Origin: Octopus sinensis
Lineage: Eukaryota
NCBI RefSeq assembly: GCF_006345805.1
Contig: NC_043011.1
Location: 28,098,464-28,162,463 of the forward strand
Direction: 5' to 3'
Length of the DNA stretch: 64,000 nt
The notes below the pieces were generated by a model, which saw only the letters and a list, made by a program, of their open reading frames with translations, was not told the origin of the DNA and did not search any database. Made by a program: the position numbers and the translations under genes. Position 1 is the stretch's first letter. Every line of letters starts with the position of its first letter. Below are positions 62,285 to 64,000 of the stretch, piece by piece.

Positions 62285-62620
62285 CAAGGGTAGCAATTTT
62301 GGAAGAAGGGATGAGTCGATTACATCAACCTCGAAACGATGAAAAGTAAACTCGACCTCAGCAGAATTTGGACGCAGAACGTAAAGACAGACGAAATACC
62401 TATTTCTTTACTAAACACAGAGAGGACAAACAAGGACAGACAAACGGATTAAGTCCATTATAACGACCCCAGTGCGTGACTGGTACTTAATTAATCGACC
62501 CCGAAAGGATGAAAGGCAAAGTCGACCTCGGCAGAATTTGAACTCAGAACGTAAAGACAGACGAAATACGGCTACGCATTTCGCCCGGCGTGCTAACAAT
62601 TCTGCTAGCTCACCGCTCTT
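62285..62620 (-). mobile_element. Tandem SINE family A: full young copy followed by a headless copy
   Basis: 62401-62620 is a full copy; 62285-62400 is a second unit starting at the gtatttcgtctgtctttacg site. Confidence 0.8.
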
Positions 62621-64000
62621 CTTATCACATAATCTACAATGCAGATAAATTCAGTAAACCGTCGTATTAGGTTTATACTCGAGTTTCACGAATTTCCATC
62701 CAAATATACATGCGTCTCTTTTTTAATTAGATTTCTCTAATATGATTGCCTATAATTCGTTAGAAACACGCAATGCTCTGTGTAAGACGGCTGAACTAAA
62801 GCAATTTATCCGTGTGGTTCGAAAGCGAAAAAATACTGCATAATCGGAAAGCAACATAACATATTTATATGAGCTACGTTAGTCTGTAGGAATAAACATT
62901 TTATAAGAAAATATTTTGTTAATTAATTGATTTTAAGCTGGCAGCTGTAAGTTTTCGCGGAAGTGAATTTATTTCTAGTTTGGGAGTATCGTCTTGTTAG
63001 CGTGATTTTTGTTAGTACTTTTAATTTACTGTAAAGCGAGTGAGTCACTTGGCTGAAATATTTAAGTTTCGATGTACAAAAGAATAAAGAAACTCTATAA
63101 CAGATGATTTAAGCGTATAGTGTCTTGTAATTACGGATTTATATGTGTCAATAGACTTCGGGATATAATAGATCTATTTTTAACATGGGCTCAGAGCAAA
63201 TTCTCAAGTTTGGTTGTAAGCCACTCAATTTATCTTCAACAAACGAATAATCGCTCTATGAGATGATGTAATACTAAGAATACTGTTAAGTAGGAATCAT
63301 AGACCGAGGTAGCTTATTTGATCGCTGACCAATATTTATTGATTAATGCATTTACTTTAACTGGTCCATCAATGTTATAATTTTCTAAAATGTGGACAGC
63401 ATTCTTAGATTACCCAAAACTAATTCAGAGGCAATGTCGGAACTAATCGAATTAACAAGAGTTTCTTTTATAAACTTTCGGTGAACTACTGACTCAAAGC
63501 ATACATTTTAATACAGAAATTATATAGGTAAGTGTCGCAGGCTAAAACATGTTTTCTTGGTTCAAGAGAAGTGGGGAATGCTTTTATTTCGTTCTTACAA
63601 ATACAACGAGCCGTTAATAAAAGCTGCGAAATGTCGAACGAACTGTTGGGATTTATCGATTCCTTCAGATCGTGTTATATTTTCCATACTGGTGATTGTA
63701 ATTAGTAAATTTAAATTGAAGAAATACCCAAAATGTAAGTCAATTTAAACATGCTTTGACCCACTATATATTATGTAACTTCTATGAAAAGGACTCTCAA
63801 GAATAAGCAGCTTATAAAGTATTAGTGATAGGAGTAGCAATGCCTAGCAACTGCGTGAACAGCAACAATAGCACCTGTAGAATCTTATAGAGAACAAACC
63901 ACGTCTCTTCTTATAATAGCGTGAAATTAAAGCAGCTACAGATAGCACGTTCACTTTATTTTGTTTTACATACTCATTCGGTTTCAGTTGATTTATAGAT

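Overview
AT-rich, microsatellite-dense eukaryotic DNA with no confidently intact protein-coding gene. The tRNA-derived SINE families and repeat landscape look like a coleoid cephalopod (octopus) genome; this is an inference, not a database result. The window is a mosaic of decayed mobile elements: mariner, Tc1 and DD37D transposons, two Penelope-like (PLE) RT/GIY-YIG remnants, R4/Dong-like RLE retroelements stacked in (TAA)n tracts, CR1-like and RTE LINE fragments, a Ty3/Gypsy pol remnant, a Helitron helicase remnant with non-autonomous relatives, and at least three SINE families. The main signal missed by the ORF track is a dense set of minimal type I hammerhead ribozyme (HHR) motifs in several unrelated small non-coding elements. 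Four loci are intact or nearly so (13.8 kb, a mirrored pair at 18.8-18.9 kb, 19.4 kb, 35.1 kb) and about six are damaged. Most have a family-specific palindromic stem III and sit in inverted-repeat or direct-repeat cassettes, and one lies downstream of a tRNA-like Pol III head. This looks like a diverse retrozyme/PLE-dependent non-autonomous system. There are also several long fold-back structures, an inverted pair of young SINEs, and a few weak candidate host exons. Coordinates were counted by hand, and boundaries of degraded repeats are approximate.
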